Source of the DNA: Podarcis erhardii
Taxonomy: Eukaryota
Length of the DNA: 64,000 nucleotides
Assembly (NCBI GenBank): GCA_964252035.1
Contig: OZ176205.1
Strand: one strand, 5' to 3'
A program made the translations under genes and the position numbers. Numbering within the stretch: the first letter of the stretch is position 1; each line of letters opens with the position of its first letter. The notes beneath the pieces were generated by a model. The model was not told where the DNA came from. It saw only the letters and a list, made by a program, of their open reading frames with translations, and did not search any database. Below, piece after piece: positions 61,258 to 64,000 of the stretch.

Positions 61258-62264
61258 TTAAATGTCACATTTTGATTGCTCGCATACTGATGCTGGTGCA
61301 TCTGAAGATGGCAGAGAAACAAGATTTGAGATGTCACTATCCACTGCCTCAAAAAGAGAGGCTTCTCTGCCAGACTGTGGGGAAGGGTTAACACTGAACA
61401 ATAGTTTGGAAGACTCCGACCTAGTGGAAGGCATGTTCCTTTGAGTTTCATCTTCAACTTCCATATCTTCAGAGGAGATGCAGCTCATAAACATCTCTGA
61501 GGATCTACTATCTGAATGGTCTAAATTATGTGCCAAGATACCATCTACATTCTGGGCAACTTGCCCCCTGGGCTTTCCGAGTTCTGCTTCCTTAGCAAAA
61601 TTTACAGGGCAGTATCCATTTTCATCTTGGGGCTCCAGTCCATCAGAATAGTCCATTTCTTCCTCCTGCAGAGGAGGAGAAGGCGAGTCCTGCCTATGAT
61701 GTTTGGCCTGAAAAGGAGGAATCTCAGACACTCCATATTGACTGCTGCTCAGTAGCTTCTGCCGCATTTCAGCCCCCAGCTGGCTAGGATCACATCTACT
61801 AATGGTTGAAGAGAGATCCCCAAATGTTCTATAATCTTTATGCACAAATTCAAGAGATCCTGGAAGTGATCTGCTCCGTCTTGCAGGAAGGAAAGAGGAG
61901 TCCAGCCAGTCAGTGTTAGAAGTTTGACGGAATGGGGTCTGGTTCATCTTTAGACATCCTTCTGCCTCCGGGGAGTGCAAGTCAAATACAAGTGATATCA
62001 CAGATTTGCTTGGCAAATCAAAAAATTTGACCTTTCCACCTTTCAAGTCTTCCCTAGAATTGAAAGGGTTGACTTTCCGGTTTGCCCCTTTGCTTGGTGT
62101 ATAGTAGGGATCCTGAACATTTATCTTGCGGCAAGGTTTGCGAGAGAATATGTCTGACTGACTGCGCGATAGCCAGATATTGCGCCGTGGACGGGGTGAT
62201 TTAGGTGGAATCTTGTCATCCAGTGAACTTAGCCTTTTTACTCCTTGTCCCCTCTCTAGTAAAC
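61258..62264 (-). CDS. TESK2: TESK2 kinase terminal exon (upstream exons outside the window)
   Basis: Acceptor ctctccattctag|GT; GLLERGQGVKRLSSLDDKIPPKSPRPRRNIWLSRSQSDIF...KFFDLPSKSVISLVFDL...RSRSLP (14-3-3 motif). Confidence 0.95.
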
Positions 62265-64000
62265 CTAGAATGGAGAGAAAAAGAAAATCAGACTTAAAGG
62301 ATGTTGCTAGTGACAGGATTAGAATGATACAGAAAAAGATCACCAGTGTACATATGACATTCTGTTCAGTCTTCCACAAAACCCCACACCTTGGAAATGT
62401 ATGGACTCACATGGAATTCTGTATCAGTTGAGATCTAATTAATTTTTTATTCATCATAAGTAGGAAGTAAAGGTCTAATGTAGAATATTAGTACCAATAA
62501 ATAGTGTTTAAAGTAATCTAAGGATTGATATGATCTCTAACTCCTCATGTTCATCCAAAATCTTTTCTCTAAGTCAACATTTTACTGTTTTAAGCTTCAT
62601 TCTGCATAGACCGTTAGAGGGGAAAGAAGTACCAATTGTTAAAGACTGAAGACAGAATAACAAGTCTTATCTGTGGGCAAGTATTTTCAAAGGCCAACAT
62701 AACAGGAGATATAGCCTTCCCATTCTATTATTGTGCTCTGTGCACTAGCAGATTGTTCCCAAGAACAAGAGTTGAGGAGGACAGCCACCATTTCATGAGA
62801 CTATAAGACAAATTCATGCTACTAAAGGCTGATGTTTTCAACGTGAGGTTTCCTTAGAGCAAAGACACCCCTGTGCTTTGAAAGGTGAAGGCAAACAATA
62901 ATACCTCCCTCTGGAAGTGAAGAGGTTATATTCCACATCAGCTTTGAAACAGCACATAGTCCAGTGCAGAAACTATGACACACAGCAGTTGGGCTTGGGG
63001 GTAAAATCTGTTAAATACATGTAAATAATGCATCACTAAATAGAGCAACTGCAAATATTAAGGTCAAGTGGAAAGTAGCTGTCCCAGCCATGTAACAGCT
63101 TCCTCTCAAAACTGAGAACAGGTACCCAAATTTTGGCTGCAATTTCTCTAAGCACACCAGGGGGCAGTGTGATGCTTTACAAGAAGGTACAATCCAATCC
63201 TAACACCAACGCTTCCTATGTTTTATTATGTTAAACATACATATTTCTGGGTACATTAAAGGATTTGCAATTAACCAGCACTGATACAGAAACCTTTTGA
63301 ACAAGTTTCAGGGTCCACATTTATCTCCCATATATGAAAGCACTTCCTCATTTGCACAATGCCAAGTACAGCTGTCCTCACATGTCTCCAGTGCCCTTAA
63401 TATTGCAAAGAATGAAGAACCCAGTGTACTCTGGATCAAGCTGACAGCGGCTATTGCTGTTCAAATGAAGGCACTTTTCCGTACAGTCCTCAATCCTTAT
63501 TGTGTGGGGTAATGACACCTATGGCCCAAAACAATGTATTCAGTCCCTAGATTCATTTCACTCGCAGTTTCCACAAACCAACTTGCAGCAGTAATCTTCA
63601 AAGCTGCAAGAATTCAAACTGATCTGATATAGCCTCTAGGAAATACTTTGCAATAAGTCAGCCTCTGGTTAAAGGTCAGACATCCCAAGCCAACAAGGAA
63701 GAGCTTAATTTGGATGAAGTTCCTGGAATCTGTTTCACAAGGGCACAGCAGACACCAGGAGCCTTGTTTGCTTCTAAAATTAGATATTTAAACTCCAAAA
63801 GTGCAAGCTACAGAAAAAGCTACTAACAGCTAGTAGTTACTTATGTAACAGTTTCCTTTTGAGGTCTATATAGTTAGAATTTGGGTACCTACAGAGCTGG
63901 GCTTTAGAAAAAGTGGGAAATAAGAATAAAAAAGATGAACGATCAAAAGTTTACATCATATGCAAATAAAATGTTCCCTTTGAAAAATAAAATAAGAGGA

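Noticed and set aside
62265-62379. N-terminal part of the 373-aa TESK2 ORF
   Set aside because: Intronic pyrimidine tract upstream of the acceptor at 62265
1-64000. Intronic snoRNAs, tRNA or rRNA genes
   Set aside because: No C/D or H/ACA box pair with terminal stem and no full cloverleaf seen; tRNA-like bits are SINE heads. An Infernal/tRNAscan run would be decisive.

Overview
Vertebrate genomic DNA, most likely a lacertid lizard (inferred from Sauria SINEs plus CR1, L2, Tigger-like and hAT repeats). Exons were reconstructed by hand from GT-AG sites and reading phase. Gene order: PRDX1 (+, 199 aa); a decayed tandem SELENOP2 copy (-); intact SELENOP2/SelPb (-, 272 aa, in-frame UGA = Sec63 in a UxxC motif, SECIS at about 19.15-19.20 kb); HPDL (+, 400 aa, single coding exon); MUTYH (-, 15 coding exons, 522 aa); TOE1 (+, 7 coding exons, 539 aa); and the last exon of TESK2 (-). 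Main points of interest: (1) the selenoprotein that the ORF track truncates; (2) a four-exon SELENOP2 pseudogene with an intact terminal acceptor and no visible SECIS; (3) inverted MITEs flanking PRDX1 exons 3-5, which would give a 408-nt stop-free circle; (4) twin identical AREs in the PRDX1 promoter; (5) a solo LTR upstream of SELENOP2; (6) a MITE carrying a 60-bp hairpin minisatellite; (7) a strong-Kozak uORF in TOE1; (8) PRDX1 not paired with MMACHC as it is in human. No prokaryotic-type system (CRISPR etc.) is present. All alignments were done by eye; no searches were run.
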